Below, piece by piece: positions 11,751 through 23,900 of a DNA stretch of 64,000 nucleotides. The notes under the pieces were generated by a model, which worked only from the letters and a program-made list of their open reading frames with translations, made no database searches and was not told where the DNA came from. The DNA lies in NCBI GenBank assembly GCA_910587225.1, contig CAJULT010000003.1:13855-77854 (forward strand). Reading direction: 5' to 3'. The translations under genes and the position numbers were made by a program. The DNA is from an uncultured Christensenellaceae bacterium (GTDB lineage: Bacteria > Bacillota > Clostridia > Christensenellales > UBA1242). Positions within the stretch are counted from its first letter, which is position 1. Each line of letters opens with the position of its first letter.

Positions 11751-13376
11751 TTATGCATTTTTAAGCCTTTCTATAATTTCCTTTTCGCCCATGATTGTCA
11801 TAAGCTCATAGATGTCTGGTGAAATCTTTTGCCCCGTTAGCGCCACTCGCAAATGTTCGCAAGCTTTCGCCATATCCCCTTTAAATGCCTCTGGGTTTGC
11901 TTTATACGCCTTTCTATCTGTTGCGTAACCAAGTTTTTCGGCAGTTTCTTTCACGTAGCCATACCATTCATCCTTATCTTTTGGCATTTTAAAGTTTTTA
12001 AGGTATGTTTCTACAAATTCATGATACTGCTCCGCATTATCTATTTCCTTATCGGTTGGGCGAGTAAACATATATTTAAAGTGGTCTTCAATCATGCTCC
12101 ACATGTATATATCTTTACGAGGTTTCAATCCCCCACGATCGATCGAGCAAACCTTAATTGCATAATCCTTATTTTCTTCAAGATATTTAGCAAGAGCAGG
12201 TTTAAATTCTTTTGCCCATTTAAGCCACTCGTCGTAAACCTCTTCGGCGGTCATTTTAGCTATGATATTTTTAGAAATATCGTTGAGTTTAACAATATCA
12301 AATACCGGAGCGCCAGTTGTAATATCATTGATACCGAAATTAAATTCTCGCCAAGACTTATCAGGATTTTGCGCTCTCCAAATTTCAAAGCCGGAATTGA
12401 TAAGGTTTAATAGATATTCGAGTACCGCATCAGTCGGATATCCCATTTCAAAATAGTAAAGCATTTTAAATTCAGGGTCATAACGCTTTGAGATTTTACG
12501 ACGATTCCCGTTTTCTCCAAGCTTGCATATCTTTGGGTTATGGCAATATGCAGTCGGCTTAAAACCAAGTGCGTCAAATATTTCAAGGTGAACAGGAGTT
12601 GAGGCAATATACTCTTCCCCGCGCACAACAACAGTTGTTCCCATTAGCGTATCATCAACCGCATGCGCAAATGGATATGGAGGAATACCATCATTCTTCA
12701 AAAGAACCACGTCCTTAGCATTCGCTTTTGCTTCAATATCACCTTTTATAAGGTCATGAAATTTAATTCTTTGAGAGCCGTCATTTTTTGTTCGCAATCT
12801 AATTGCAAACTTATCACCATTGTCAAGGTGAGCCTTAACCTGCTCCATTGTCAAATCGCGGCATGGGTCAAATTCAGTTTCGTCATTTTCTAAGAATTTT
12901 GTTTTGCGCTCTTCAAGTATTTCTTCCAAACTTTCTGTTTTTTTGCAAAAACATGGGAAAGCGCGCCCTCTTGATACTAGGTCTTTTGCGAATGCTTTAT
13001 AAATATTCCCTCTTTGAGATTGCACATAAGGTCCGTAAGCACCTATATCTTTGCCATCAAGTGTTTGATATTCGTTAATTTTAATATTAAAACGATTTAG
13101 AATATCAAAAATAAACTCTCTTGCGCCTTCCACCTCGCGTTTAGCGTCGGTATCTTCCAGTCTTAAAAAGAAAACCCCATTTGAAGCTTGGCAAAGAGAA
13201 TAAGAAATAAATGCCTGAAAGAAGTTTCCAATATGCATAAAGCCTGTCGGACTTGGTGCGAAACGAGAAACAACCTCGCCATTATTTAAATTGCGAGGTG
13301 GATATTTTTTTAATATATCTTGTACTGTTAGCTTAACATCTGGATATAGCATATCCGCAAGTTTTTGATAATCCAT
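11751..13376 (-). CDS. gltX: Glutamate--tRNA ligase (long form)
   Basis: 541 aa. Motifs RFAPSPTGFMHIGN (HIGH) and KISKR (KMSKS). SD AGGAGA is upstream. Confidence 0.9.
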   Translation of the reverse strand: MDYQKLADMLYPDVKLTVQDILKKYPPRNLNNGEVVSRFAPSPTGFMHIGNFFQAFISYSLCQASNGVFFLRLEDTDAKREVEGAREFIFDILNRFNIKINEYQTLDGKDIGAYGPYVQSQRGNIYKAFAKDLVSRGRAFPCFCKKTESLEEILEERKTKFLENDETEFDPCRDLTMEQVKAHLDNGDKFAIRLRTKNDGSQRIKFHDLIKGDIEAKANAKDVVLLKNDGIPPYPFAHAVDDTLMGTTVVVRGEEYIASTPVHLEIFDALGFKPTAYCHNPKICKLGENGNRRKISKRYDPEFKMLYYFEMGYPTDAVLEYLLNLINSGFEIWRAQNPDKSWREFNFGINDITTGAPVFDIVKLNDISKNIIAKMTAEEVYDEWLKWAKEFKPALAKYLEENKDYAIKVCSIDRGGLKPRKDIYMWSMIEDHFKYMFTRPTDKEIDNAEQYHEFVETYLKNFKMPKDKDEWYGYVKETAEKLGYATDRKAYKANPEAFKGDMAKACEHLRVALTGQKISPDIYELMTIMGEKEIIERLKNA

Positions 13377-13384
13377 GTTTTCTC

Positions 13385-14443
13385 CTAATTAAAATATGCG
13401 TAAATGTAATCGGTAAAAGCTGGCAAATATACATTGTAATAATCTTGAATTTCGCCATAATAGCCTGCTACATTTGCGTTATTTTTCTGATATTCGGCAA
13501 TTTTGCATTCATACTTTGTATAAAAATCTCTAAACGAAAAGTTTCTAAAAGCTTCATTTATCAAAGGTTTTTCACTTGCAAGAAGGTTAATTTTGTTTAA
13601 AATATCAGAAACCTTTGTATTGTTATATACTTCTTTTCCTTCTACTACGGTTGGGTAAGAAGCAAGATAGTTAGAGTCCCAATCTCTATTAACAAAGCGT
13701 GATATCAGCTCGGACAGATTTTGCTTTTGCTGATTTATAAAGTTAACAAATTCAATATTTTCTACTGTACCTTTCAGCTCATAGTCGCGTGAGCCTAGTT
13801 CTCTTGCAAGAAGGTTATAATATTCCTGTCCGACCTTTAACGAAACGTAATCGCTTATAACGCTATTATCTGCCTTGGTCACAGCAGTAGTTACAAGTCC
13901 TTGATATTTATTGAACACCTTTACTTCAATCTCAGCAAGACTTTCTGCGAGATCATAAGCAGATCCGATAAAATCATGAGCTGCCACCCTAAAAGTTTGA
14001 AGTGCGCCCGCTTTGATATCAGCATTGGTAAAACTAACATATCTATCGTACTCGGTTGAGAGTCTATAATAATTGGTAGAAAATTTATATAAATCTTTTT
14101 CAAAATTGTTTACAGCACCTTTGCCTTCACCTGAAAGCTTAATGCTAGCTAATTTATCAAGGTCGCCTTGGTAGTCAGTTATAAAAGTCATTGGGATAAC
14201 TAAAAGTTTATTATAATATCCATAGTTGCCGCTATTTTCATAAAACGGTCTAAGCGCAAAATTGGTAATAGCGCCGTCTATATTATCACTGACAAACATG
14301 CTATCGCTACCCATGTCAAAAATAAGAGAGTCAAGCTTATCATACTTCATAGTGTTTTCACTGCCTTTGTCGCAGGCGAACATACTAACGCTGCAAACAC
14401 ACAAAAGCAAAGCAAAAACTATTTTCATAAATTTATTTTTCAT
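13385..14443 (-). CDS. Hypothetical lipoprotein
   Basis: 352 aa with signal peptide and lipobox (..SVSMFAC). Its ATG overlaps the stop of the upstream gene (ATGA). Confidence 0.7.
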   Translation of the reverse strand: MKNKFMKIVFALLLCVCSVSMFACDKGSENTMKYDKLDSLIFDMGSDSMFVSDNIDGAITNFALRPFYENSGNYGYYNKLLVIPMTFITDYQGDLDKLASIKLSGEGKGAVNNFEKDLYKFSTNYYRLSTEYDRYVSFTNADIKAGALQTFRVAAHDFIGSAYDLAESLAEIEVKVFNKYQGLVTTAVTKADNSVISDYVSLKVGQEYYNLLARELGSRDYELKGTVENIEFVNFINQQKQNLSELISRFVNRDWDSNYLASYPTVVEGKEVYNNTKVSDILNKINLLASEKPLINEAFRNFSFRDFYTKYECKIAEYQKNNANVAGYYGEIQDYYNVYLPAFTDYIYAYFN

Positions 14444-15336
14444 GCGCCAAGCCCTCCTCTAAGATATACTTTAACCACATTGTTAAGTAGGTCGGTAGAG
14501 TCTGCATTTATCTTTGAATAATTGAAGCCAGACGCGCTAGATTTAGCAATTACAGCCTCAAAGTTTTTAAGATTATATATCTTTAAAAATTCGTTAAGCT
14601 TTTTAGTCCCCGATTGCAAATTCTCAGAAAGGTGATATTTACTAATAGGGCTAGAACCATTCATGTAAGCATTCACAAAAAGTTCAGCATTGGTGATTAC
14701 ATGTGTCTTTTCTACGTTAAGTTGTGATAGATAATCACAAGAAGTGCTTAGCACAACCTTTGCAAAATCATTGTTCGCAATTTTAGAAGGCATGCAGGCA
14801 GTATAAATATTTGCTAGCCCCTTTAATGCGCCATTAAAATTATTGACATAAACTTCAAATTTTTCTTTGAAGCGCACCCACGCAGGATTAACGAAAGTTG
14901 GGTCAGCTCCCGTATATTCGCTTACCTGTTTTAGCACGCTACGCATTTCTGTTTCAGCCTTTCGCGCACCGTCAAACCCGTCAAGTACAGTAAAGTAGTT
15001 GTTTTGATAGGTTTTATTGTCCTCAGCAAATACAAGCTTTTCGTTATAGAAAGAGGTCATTTTACTATACAAAGCTATAATTCTGCTTGCATTATTGATT
15101 TCAAGAGAGTACTGAGCGCTTGTAGAGCTAAGCTTAACTTTAAATGAATCAAACTTTGCCTTATCATCCTTGTTTGATAGGAACATTGACTGCTGCATAT
15201 CTCTCGTTGCGTCAGTTACTTTGGAAACTTTTTTAGGGATGCACAATATTACTGTCACAACTATTGCAGCCGCAAGCGCCAGCACCGCAAGCACAATAAG
15301 CCATTTCTTACCTCTGGTCATCTTCTTTTTTGCCAT
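14440..15336 (-). CDS. Hypothetical membrane-anchored protein
   Basis: 298 aa with a single N-terminal TM helix (WLIVLAVLALAAAIVVTVIL). SD GGAGGGG. Ends in TGA, overlapping the next start. Confidence 0.7.
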   Translation of the reverse strand: MAKKKMTRGKKWLIVLAVLALAAAIVVTVILCIPKKVSKVTDATRDMQQSMFLSNKDDKAKFDSFKVKLSSTSAQYSLEINNASRIIALYSKMTSFYNEKLVFAEDNKTYQNNYFTVLDGFDGARKAETEMRSVLKQVSEYTGADPTFVNPAWVRFKEKFEVYVNNFNGALKGLANIYTACMPSKIANNDFAKVVLSTSCDYLSQLNVEKTHVITNAELFVNAYMNGSSPISKYHLSENLQSGTKKLNEFLKIYNLKNFEAVIAKSSASGFNYSKINADSTDLLNNVVKVYLRGGLGA

Positions 15337-15344
15337 AGCCCCTC

Positions 15345-16781
15345 CTAATCATCAAATACATCAACATTAACTTCGTCAAGCGCAACTTCGCCGCCTTCTG
15401 GTTTTACAGCAGGTTTTGCAGGCGCACTTTTTGGCATTGCTACCCGCTCACCAAGATTTGCAAATGTTGTGTACTCTCCTATCCAGCGAAGTTTAACAGT
15501 TCCTGTTCTTCCGCGTCTGTGTTTAGCCAAAATAAGCTCAACTGTGCCGGGCTCTTCAGGCTGCTCAACATCGTTGTATTTTTCAGGGTTGTATAGGAAG
15601 AGAACGATATCCGCATCCTGCTCAATCGCACCTGAGTCACGAAGGTCGGAAAGCATAGGTCTATGGTCGCCCGTTCTCGACTCAACGCTACGTGAAAGCT
15701 GAGAAAGTGCAATGATAGGAACATTCAGCTCCTTAGCCGCAATTTTAAGTGTTCTTGAAATTTCACTTACTTCAAGCTGTCTATTTTCGTTTCGTGAGTT
15801 CCCGCTTGACATAAGCTGAATATAGTCCACCATAATTAAATCAATGTTTTCTTTTGCCTTTAATCTTCTACACTTCGAAAGAATGTCTGCTGGCGTCGTC
15901 ATACTGGAATCATCAACGTAAATTCCGCTTTGTTCAAGCTTCTTTGTAGCAGTCCAAATTCTCTGCCACTCCTCAGGGGTCATTGTTCCGTTAAGCGCCT
16001 TCGCCATGTTAACTTTTGCTACCGAGCATATTGCCCTTTGCATAAGCTGCTCGCGGGACATTTCAAGTGAGAACACCGCACATTTTCTTCCTTCGTTTAG
16101 TGCAGCATTTGTGATAATATTCATAGCAAATGAGGTTTTACCAACACCCGGTCTTGCAGCAAGCAAAACAAGGTCACTGTTTTGAAGTCCATTTGTAATA
16201 GCATCAAAATCTTTAAAGCCAGTTGGAATACCAGTTATAGATGACGGGTCCTTTGCAATTTGGTCAAAAGACGCAATAACCTTTGAAATCGCACCATTAG
16301 GCTTGCCCACATGTTCGAGAGCTGAACGCTCCTGCTTTTCAGCAATGTCAAAGATAACCTTTTCTCCGTATTGAAGCGCTTTATCTTTATCCTCTTCCTC
16401 ATAGGCGCGTTCGATAATGTCCTGTCCGCTTTTGATAAGCTTTCTTCGCACTGATGCGCCTTTTACAATATCACAATAGTATTTAAAGTTGGCAGCTGAT
16501 GGAACAGCATTTGTAAGGAAGGTAATATATTCAATTCCGCCCGCTTTTTCAAGCGTCTTATCTTTTTCAAGTTGGTCAGCAAGAGTTACAAAATCTACAG
16601 GCACGCTTCTTTGATAAATCTTCTGCATAGAAGCATAAATAAGCTGGTGAGAGTTTGAATAAAAGTCATCTCCGCCTATCATGCCTAAAATATCAACTTG
16701 CGCCTGCGAGTCAATCAAAATACAGCCAAGCACTGCCTGCTCAGCTTCAATGTTTTGTGGCATAATTTTGTACTCAGCCAT
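15345..16781 (-). CDS. dnaB: Replicative DNA helicase DnaB
   Basis: 478 aa. N-terminal PQNIEAEQAVLG and Walker A ARPGVGKTSF. SD AGGAGGA. Confidence 0.95.
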   Translation of the reverse strand: MAEYKIMPQNIEAEQAVLGCILIDSQAQVDILGMIGGDDFYSNSHQLIYASMQKIYQRSVPVDFVTLADQLEKDKTLEKAGGIEYITFLTNAVPSAANFKYYCDIVKGASVRRKLIKSGQDIIERAYEEEDKDKALQYGEKVIFDIAEKQERSALEHVGKPNGAISKVIASFDQIAKDPSSITGIPTGFKDFDAITNGLQNSDLVLLAARPGVGKTSFAMNIITNAALNEGRKCAVFSLEMSREQLMQRAICSVAKVNMAKALNGTMTPEEWQRIWTATKKLEQSGIYVDDSSMTTPADILSKCRRLKAKENIDLIMVDYIQLMSSGNSRNENRQLEVSEISRTLKIAAKELNVPIIALSQLSRSVESRTGDHRPMLSDLRDSGAIEQDADIVLFLYNPEKYNDVEQPEEPGTVELILAKHRRGRTGTVKLRWIGEYTTFANLGERVAMPKSAPAKPAVKPEGGEVALDEVNVDVFDD

Positions 16782-16790
16782 AACTTCCTC

Positions 16791-17051
16791 CTAGTGCGTA
16801 AAAGGGTCGCGATTCTTTTCTTTTTCCGCTTTTGCCGCCTTCTTTTTATCAATATTAGCACAAATTGCCAAAAACGGCAAGTAGAATATGCCCCCTATCA
16901 CAATAATAATAAAACCATTAAGTACAGGATGCACTCCTGCCTTAATAAGCCCGTAACAAATGCACAAGGCAATAACGAAATAGACGCCTATAAAAATCAA
17001 TAGGCGTTTATACTGCTTTTTTAAATCTTTCCCCTCTTTTGGTGCAATCAT
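16791..17051 (-). CDS. Small two-TM membrane protein
   Basis: 86 aa with two hydrophobic helices. Its start overlaps the typA stop (TAATG). Confidence 0.55.
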   Translation of the reverse strand: MIAPKEGKDLKKQYKRLLIFIGVYFVIALCICYGLIKAGVHPVLNGFIIIVIGGIFYLPFLAICANIDKKKAAKAEKEKNRDPFTH

Positions 17052-18883
17052 TAAACCTCTCCTCGCATTATTTTTCCGCGTTCACGCAGTCTCATATTGT
17101 GGTCAAGGATAATTTTTCTAATTCTCATACTCTTTGGCGTAACTTCAAGTATTTCATCATCCGCCAAAAATTCAATAGCATCTTCTAGGCTAAGTTTTCT
17201 TGGTGGAGTAAGTCTAAGCGCGTCATCACTTCCAGATGCACGGCAGTTTGAAAGGTGTTTTTTCTTACAAACATTGACTACGATGTCGTCACCCTTAGGG
17301 TTCTGTCCTACCACCATTCCTGCGTATACTGGCACGCCAGCGCCGATAAATAGGTCGCCTCGCTCCTGCGCGTTAAATAGTCCATACACAATAGCTTCTC
17401 CGCTTTCATGCGCAATAAGTGAGCCATATTCACGGCGGTTAATTTCCCCCTTCCATGGCTGATATTCATAGAAGATCGAGTTGATAACGCCCTCACCTCT
17501 TGTATCAGTCAAAAGTTCACTCTTGTAACCGAAAAGTCCACGAGAAGGAATTGTAAACTCCATTTTCATACGATTGCCATGAGGTGTCATGCCAACAAGT
17601 TCACCCTTGCGGATTCCCATTTTTTGCATAACAATGCCTTGGCAATCTGTAGGCACGTCTAGATAAAGTCTATCAATAGGCTCACACTTAACCCCGTCAA
17701 TCATTTTAATAAGTACTTTTGGCATACTAACCTGAAATTCAAAGCCATCACGTCGCATATTTTCAATTAAGATAGAAAGGTGCATTTCCCCTCTTCCGCA
17801 AACTTTAAATGTGTCAGCTGTATCACCATCACTTACTTTAAGGGATAGGTCTTTAACTGCTTCCTTGTAAAGTCTGTCACGAATGTGACGAGTTGTAACA
17901 AACTTGCCTTCCTTACCAGCCAAAGGACTGTCATTTACCATAAAGGTCATTTCAACGCTAGGCTCAGCGATTTTAACAAACTCAATAGGCTCAATAGCGT
18001 CAGGTGCGCAAATTGTGTCTCCGATTTGCACCTCTTCAAGTCCCGCAATGCAGGCAATCTCGCCAATAGGAACGCTGTCAACAGCAACTCTCTTTACCCC
18101 TTCAAATACGAAAAGACTTACAACTTTGCTTCGTACAAGTTTGCTAGGGTCATGGTAGTTGCAAAGGGTAACCGCTTGCCCAACTTGAAGTGAACCGCGA
18201 GTTAGTTTGCCCACCGCAAGTTTTCCTACATAGTCGTTATGTTCAGCAGAGGAAACAAGCATCTGCATTGCACCTTTGTCATCTCCTTCAGGCGCTGGGA
18301 TATAACTTGTAATAGTTTCAAAAAGAGGTTTCATATCAACGCCTTTTTGATTTTTATCAGTAGAAGCAATTCCCTGTCTTGCTGATACAAAAACAAATGG
18401 AGAGTTAAGCTGCTCTTCATCGGCGTCAAGCTCTAAAAATAATTCAAGTACTTCATCTATTACTTCGCTAATGCGCGCGTCGGCTCTGTCAATTTTGTTA
18501 ACTACAACAATTACTTTAAGTTTTAACGCAAGCGCCCGTTCAAGCACAAATCTAGTTTGAGGCATTGGTCCTTCGTATGCGTCTACCACGAGTAGAACGC
18601 CGTCCACCATTTTAAGTACGCGTTCAACCTCGCCACCGAAGTCAGCGTGTCCCGGAGTGTCTATAATGTTGATTTTTGTGTCATTATAAAGGCAGGAGCA
18701 GTTCTTAGAAAGAATTGTGATTCCCCTTTCTCTTTCAAGCGCGTTTGAGTCCATAACGCGATCGCTTACGACTTGATTATCACGAAAAACACTACCCTGT
18801 TTTAAGAGCGCGTCGACAAGTGAAGTTTTACCATGGTCTACGTGTGCAATAATAGCAATATTTCTAATTTTTTCGTTTTTCAT
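17051..18883 (-). CDS. typA: Translational GTPase TypA/BipA
   Basis: 610 aa. G1 motif AHVDHGKTS and EF-G-like domain order. Confidence 0.95.
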   Translation of the reverse strand: MKNEKIRNIAIIAHVDHGKTSLVDALLKQGSVFRDNQVVSDRVMDSNALERERGITILSKNCSCLYNDTKINIIDTPGHADFGGEVERVLKMVDGVLLVVDAYEGPMPQTRFVLERALALKLKVIVVVNKIDRADARISEVIDEVLELFLELDADEEQLNSPFVFVSARQGIASTDKNQKGVDMKPLFETITSYIPAPEGDDKGAMQMLVSSAEHNDYVGKLAVGKLTRGSLQVGQAVTLCNYHDPSKLVRSKVVSLFVFEGVKRVAVDSVPIGEIACIAGLEEVQIGDTICAPDAIEPIEFVKIAEPSVEMTFMVNDSPLAGKEGKFVTTRHIRDRLYKEAVKDLSLKVSDGDTADTFKVCGRGEMHLSILIENMRRDGFEFQVSMPKVLIKMIDGVKCEPIDRLYLDVPTDCQGIVMQKMGIRKGELVGMTPHGNRMKMEFTIPSRGLFGYKSELLTDTRGEGVINSIFYEYQPWKGEINRREYGSLIAHESGEAIVYGLFNAQERGDLFIGAGVPVYAGMVVGQNPKGDDIVVNVCKKKHLSNCRASGSDDALRLTPPRKLSLEDAIEFLADDEILEVTPKSMRIRKIILDHNMRLRERGKIMRGEV

Positions 18884-18965
18884 CTTTGTATATCCTTTTG
18901 AACCTTTTTATTTTACCACAATAAATAGTAAAATTCAACAAAGATTAAAAAGATTTTAAAAATAA

Positions 18966-18990
18966 TATAAAAAAAGAGGCATCGCCTCTT
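18966..18990 (-). terminator. Terminator ending the giant-lipoprotein operon
   Basis: AGAGGC (18975-18980) atc GCCTCT (18984-18989). A T-run follows on the minus strand. Confidence 0.6.
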
Positions 18991-19030
18991 TCTATTTTTT
19001 CCTTAGTTTTCACTTTCTGCCAAAATTTGT

Positions 19031-19408
19031 TTATCCCTCAGCCTCAGCAAAAACTTCTGGTGATAAAACTTTGTCATTCCCGTAAACGCAAACAGGTGTA
19101 TTATTTGCATTTAAAACTATGCATCCGCCTTCGCTAACATATCTATATAGATTTGAACTTTCGCCGTATCTGTTTGTGATTTCTTCAAGAGATAACATTT
19201 TGCCAATTATGTAATGCTGAAAGCCGATTGTTGTTTCTCGACACAATTTTTTCCCTTTAAAAGAAGTTGTTTCATACGCCTTTGAATAAGTATCAATTGC
19301 AAGTGCATTTTTGGGAATCTGAAAGTCTTCGAAATTGCTACTATAGACCTCTCTAATTTCTTCTTTTTGTTCGCTGTAAAATATCTTTACAAAATTTTTA
19401 ATTATCAT
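19031..19408 (-). CDS. Hypothetical protein (125 aa)
   Basis: ORF with SD GGAGAGG, closely following the upstream gene. No recognisable motifs. Confidence 0.6.
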   Translation of the reverse strand: MIIKNFVKIFYSEQKEEIREVYSSNFEDFQIPKNALAIDTYSKAYETTSFKGKKLCRETTIGFQHYIIGKMLSLEEITNRYGESSNLYRYVSEGGCIVLNANNTPVCVYGNDKVLSPEVFAEAEG

Positions 19409-19423
19409 TTGCGCCTCTCCAGT

Positions 19424-20050
19424 TTACTCATCTTCATCACTGTCACAAAATAGCGTTTTCATGCTCAATCCTGAAACTCGCTGCTTTTCTATTTCAAGAT
19501 TGTTTATATCATTTTCACAATGCTTAATTTGCTCTTGCAAACTATTAATTCGGACTATTAAATGTCTTTCTTTTTCTTCTTGACAATTATTGAATTGGCT
19601 TTGAAACTCGCAAGACATATCAGCAACATTTTCAACTAAAAAGTCCATCCACTTTTTTGTTATATCTTTAATGGTCTGTTGAGGATTGTTTGGGCATTTT
19701 TCTTCGGGGGAATCTATTGCGTTCTTTATACTGTACGAAACAGTATACCCTGTTCCCAAGAAACTGCCCCATACCTGCAAAACTTGTTTTGACATGTTAA
19801 CCTCGTAGTACCGTTCATTGCCGCCATAAAAACTCAAATCAACCCTGTCTTTTTCACGAGGATAATAATGCACTGTAAGACTGAATCCCTTAAAAACAAA
19901 TCGTCTACATGTACCACTCCTGTCTATCTTAGGACATTCTTCTTGAAGTTTAGGCAGCCGAGCCCCCTTCGGCAATGCAAGTTCAGGCAGCGTATCTATT
20001 AAAAATAGAATTAACTTTTTCGGCTCGATTTCACTAATATAATCAACCAT
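19424..20050 (-). CDS. Hypothetical protein with C-terminal coiled-coil (208 aa)
   Basis: ORF with SD AAGGAGA and a heptad-like C-terminus (LQEQIKHCENDINNLEIEKQ). Confidence 0.6.
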   Translation of the reverse strand: MVDYISEIEPKKLILFLIDTLPELALPKGARLPKLQEECPKIDRSGTCRRFVFKGFSLTVHYYPREKDRVDLSFYGGNERYYEVNMSKQVLQVWGSFLGTGYTVSYSIKNAIDSPEEKCPNNPQQTIKDITKKWMDFLVENVADMSCEFQSQFNNCQEEKERHLIVRINSLQEQIKHCENDINNLEIEKQRVSGLSMKTLFCDSDEDE

Positions 20051-20077
20051 GATTTCTCCTTTGCTAACCTAATCTTA

Positions 20078-20917
20078 TCACACCTTACCGCTCTTGTCAA
20101 TACTAGTTTTTTTCTTGCGGTTGATGATTAAAATTGCTGCGCCTAGCCCCGCAAGGCAGACAAGAGTAAAGGTAAGATACCATAGTCCTCTATTTGCAAC
20201 ACTTGTGTAAAGGGAGATATTTTGCCCCTCTAAATTCTTCTTCATCCATGTGTGATGATACAGCCCGTTTGCATCTTGAAACTTATATTCGCTATCGCTT
20301 TTAAGATAACTTGACGAAGTGGCATAGTCGTATACATAGTCGGGCGCATACTCCATCTCTATATTACAAGTTTTGAGCGCATCCTCATAGGCGGCTTTAT
20401 AGCGCTCCCCCACCTTTTGCCCCGACGAAAGAGTAGCAGCGAATGGAAACTGCCCGTTTGAAGATGAGGTAATCATAAAACCATAATGCACATCGTCCTT
20501 TTCTTCTTCATTAGAGGGATGATAGTAGCTCCACACTTCGCTGGTCTGGTAAATTATATTAAAACCTACGCAATCAGTTTTTTCGTGATAACCAGTTTTG
20601 CTTATGATAAGCCCTTTTCCTATTGCGTACTCAGGCTTGGGATTTTGATTATAGGCGAGCAAAAAACTTATCACAAATTCATCGTGAAAGGTTTGTACAT
20701 TCTTGGTAAGTTGACTTTTAAAGTCTTCTATTTTATCGCCATGTCCGCTATTTTTAAGTTTGCTACTACCCACCGAAAAGAAAAGGGACTGTGTTATGCT
20801 TTGCCCGCTTTCCACCGACAAAAGTATAAACTCATTTGATGCAGGCAGTTTGGCGGGCTGAATAAAAAATATACAGCATGAAAGCGCCATAAAAATTAAG
20901 AGAGCAACTTTTTTCAT
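20078..20917 (-). CDS. Secreted protein with C-terminal TM anchor (279 aa)
   Basis: N-terminal signal sequence and a C-terminal helix LTFTLVCLAGLGAAILII followed by a basic tail. It starts 35 nt downstream of the giant gene. Confidence 0.65.
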   Translation of the reverse strand: MKKVALLIFMALSCCIFFIQPAKLPASNEFILLSVESGQSITQSLFFSVGSSKLKNSGHGDKIEDFKSQLTKNVQTFHDEFVISFLLAYNQNPKPEYAIGKGLIISKTGYHEKTDCVGFNIIYQTSEVWSYYHPSNEEEKDDVHYGFMITSSSNGQFPFAATLSSGQKVGERYKAAYEDALKTCNIEMEYAPDYVYDYATSSSYLKSDSEYKFQDANGLYHHTWMKKNLEGQNISLYTSVANRGLWYLTFTLVCLAGLGAAILIINRKKKTSIDKSGKV

Positions 20918-20952
20918 ACTGTATATTATTAATTATATATTTTAAATATAAC

Positions 20953-23900
20953 CTATTTAAGTTCCACCTTGTAGCTTTCGCCAGTTTTGGTAATTACCAA
21001 ACTATGTCCATCCCCGCAAGAGATTGTTCTTTCAGAAATGGTGTTTGTAAGACCGCTGATGCCTTGACCAGAATAGCAGAGGTTATTGCTGCCCGAGGGG
21101 CTTCTTGTGGCGTCGCCTGCAAATTTTATGCCGCTTGCTTCAACATTGCCGTTTATTCTTCCCGCAATAAGAATATATGCAATTCCCCCTAGGTAAACTT
21201 TCCCATTTGTACTTGTACATTCAGGCGCTATATTATTGTAGTTGTAAGACAATAACCCATCATAATTACGTACCACAATACCCGCTAAATAGTAAGTAGC
21301 TGCTCCACCAGAAGCTAAGATTTTGCCGTTATTGCCACTTTCAACAATTCTGCTTGAGCTTCCTATGTTGTTAATTGCAATTCCTGCAACTCTGTAATAG
21401 TAATTTGCTCTAGCGGATTGAATGTTTATATTCGCTCTATTTTCACAGTGAATAATCCTGCCGCCGCCCATGTTGGAAACTACAAAGCCGCCGAAGCTAA
21501 GGTTGTAATTAGAACTTGGTCTTATTTGAATGCTACCCTCATTTACGCAGCTGTCGATAATGCCGCTATTTACTGCAACAAGTCCGCCAATAGCCACGTC
21601 GCGCGCTCCACTGACTGACATGTTCATAGACTGCCCAGTTATTGTCACATTAGAAATATTTCCATAGTTTTTAAGAGCAAGTCCGCCTGCCAAAAGGTTT
21701 CCTTCAACGCTTAAATTGTAGTTTACATTTAACTTAAGTTTTTTTATCGAGCCGCCTTTGCCAATCTCTTTAAATAGCGCAGCAAGCTTCGTGTAATTAA
21801 TAGTAATCTGACCAGTCTTATCAATCTCGCTATAGAAAGTGAGGTTTTCGCTGACTTCTTTATCGTTTACTATAATGGATATTGCGCTTGACAAGTTCAC
21901 GGTTATCGTCTGCCCATTAGCATCGTACTGTCCATAGAAAGTACCATTAAATGCGAAGCCATTTACATCAAATTCAAGGTTTTCTGTTTGTTTGAAATGG
22001 TACTCTGCCAAGTTGCGAACTGCCATATTGTTAAATTGCTCTTCACTCGCAATTAGATAAGGATTGTCAACTGTGCCGTCACCAGCTTCAAACAATTTGT
22101 ATTCTATGTATCCGTCTGGTGCAGTCCAAGAAATAGGCTCTTTCGAGTAAAGGCTGTTTGCATTCTTTCTTACATAAACCTGAGCAGAAATAATCTTACC
22201 CATCCTTCTCGGTTGATAGAAATTGTTTGTGGTTTCGCTAGTTTCAATAATCTCAATTATCTTGCCATTATCATCATAAATGAAATTGCCGTCGTCATCA
22301 CACTTGCCATAAGTCACCTTTACTTTGTAACCAGGTATGTCGCCTTCCTTCTTTTCGCCTTCCCATGGAGTCCAGTTAAATCTATATTCTTCTGTCGACC
22401 AAGAAACAGTTGCCTCTTCTTGCCATGATGGAGCAGGGAGCGTAAAGTCTTCTGTGTTGCCTTTAATCACCATAAAGGTTTGATAGCTTTGACTAGGCAT
22501 TACATCAAATATCAATTTTAGCGAAGTGTAGCCCTCTGGAATATAGATGGTAGTTCCTTCATTAGTAATTTTGTCACCTCTAAACACTAGTTTGAAATTA
22601 CTATGTTGCTTGCTATTTTTATCATAAGATTCTACAAAATCACTTGTAAGTGTAATCTCTTCTCCATCTTTGTTATAGAACGCGATTACTTGCAATTTTA
22701 CATTGTAATATTCAGTTGAGCGAAGTATCTGTTTGTTTTCCAAAAGTTTAGTGATATCAATTGTATAACCTTCATCAGTTTCAATCATATCAAAGTCATC
22801 GCCTGTAACACTTGGTGCTTTATACACCTCTTGACTTTCGCCAAATTTTACAGCAACAAGGTCACTCTTAATCTGATCACTTTCACAAGCATACATTTTA
22901 ATTCTATAAGGGTTTGGAGAATATTCAAGACCTATAGCTTCAAAGGTGTTTCCATTTTGCTCACCTTCGATAATATTTCCCTTCTCATCTACAAAGCCAA
23001 ATTTAGTATTTGCAGTTGTATCATAATCCCATACGATAACACCTTGATTATTTACAGTTACATTTGTAGGCGAAGCCGTCTTTGTGATAGCTTTGCTTTC
23101 AATATAACTACTTGCAAGGACATAACTACCATTTTCGTATCTGCAAACTGCGGAGTTTATAGCTTCCTCAGTCAAAGCTGTGCCAGTTGGAACTGCAAGT
23201 GCACGAACTTTAAATTTGTACTCTGCATTAGGGAATCTTGAAACAATCTGAGCTGTATCAAGCTCTGCTTTAGTAGTTAAAAACTTTTCGGTAACTTCGG
23301 CAGTGCTACTATCTTGAACGTTTTTACTATTATCATGTTCAACGGTCACCTCATAAACGATCTGCCCGTTTACACTTGCGGCATTTGTTGCTTCGTCCCA
23401 TGAAACAATACCGTTATTAAGGGTAACAGCCCCGCTAAGTTTTAACATTGCAGCAGGCACAGTTTCCACTGCGGAAGAAAGTATTATGTATGGTTTCTCT
23501 CCCGCCATCACTTTAGTAAATGTCGCCTCTTGGTCAACATTAAGAGTAAGCTCCTCGCCGCTGATTGTAAGCTTAATTCCATTTGGCAGGAGGGTCGTCG
23601 AAGCGTCTTCTCGCACTTGTGTACCAATACTTGAAATGTAAAACTCTGTTGCAGTTGTTTCTGTCTTTCTATAGTCTGCATCTTCAGCCGTGCCACCTGC
23701 AACATAAGTCATGGTTTTGACTTTATTCATGCTCGGCGAAATATAACTATCTCCGTCTGCTTTATCATTGGATACTTTAAATCTATAATCATCGCCATAA
23801 TCCAAATCTAGTTGGTTTGCTTTGATAGTAAATTTGTTTCCAGCAGCGCTTACTTCAACGTTTTTATTTTTATAAATGTTTTGAATTAAGATATTATCGC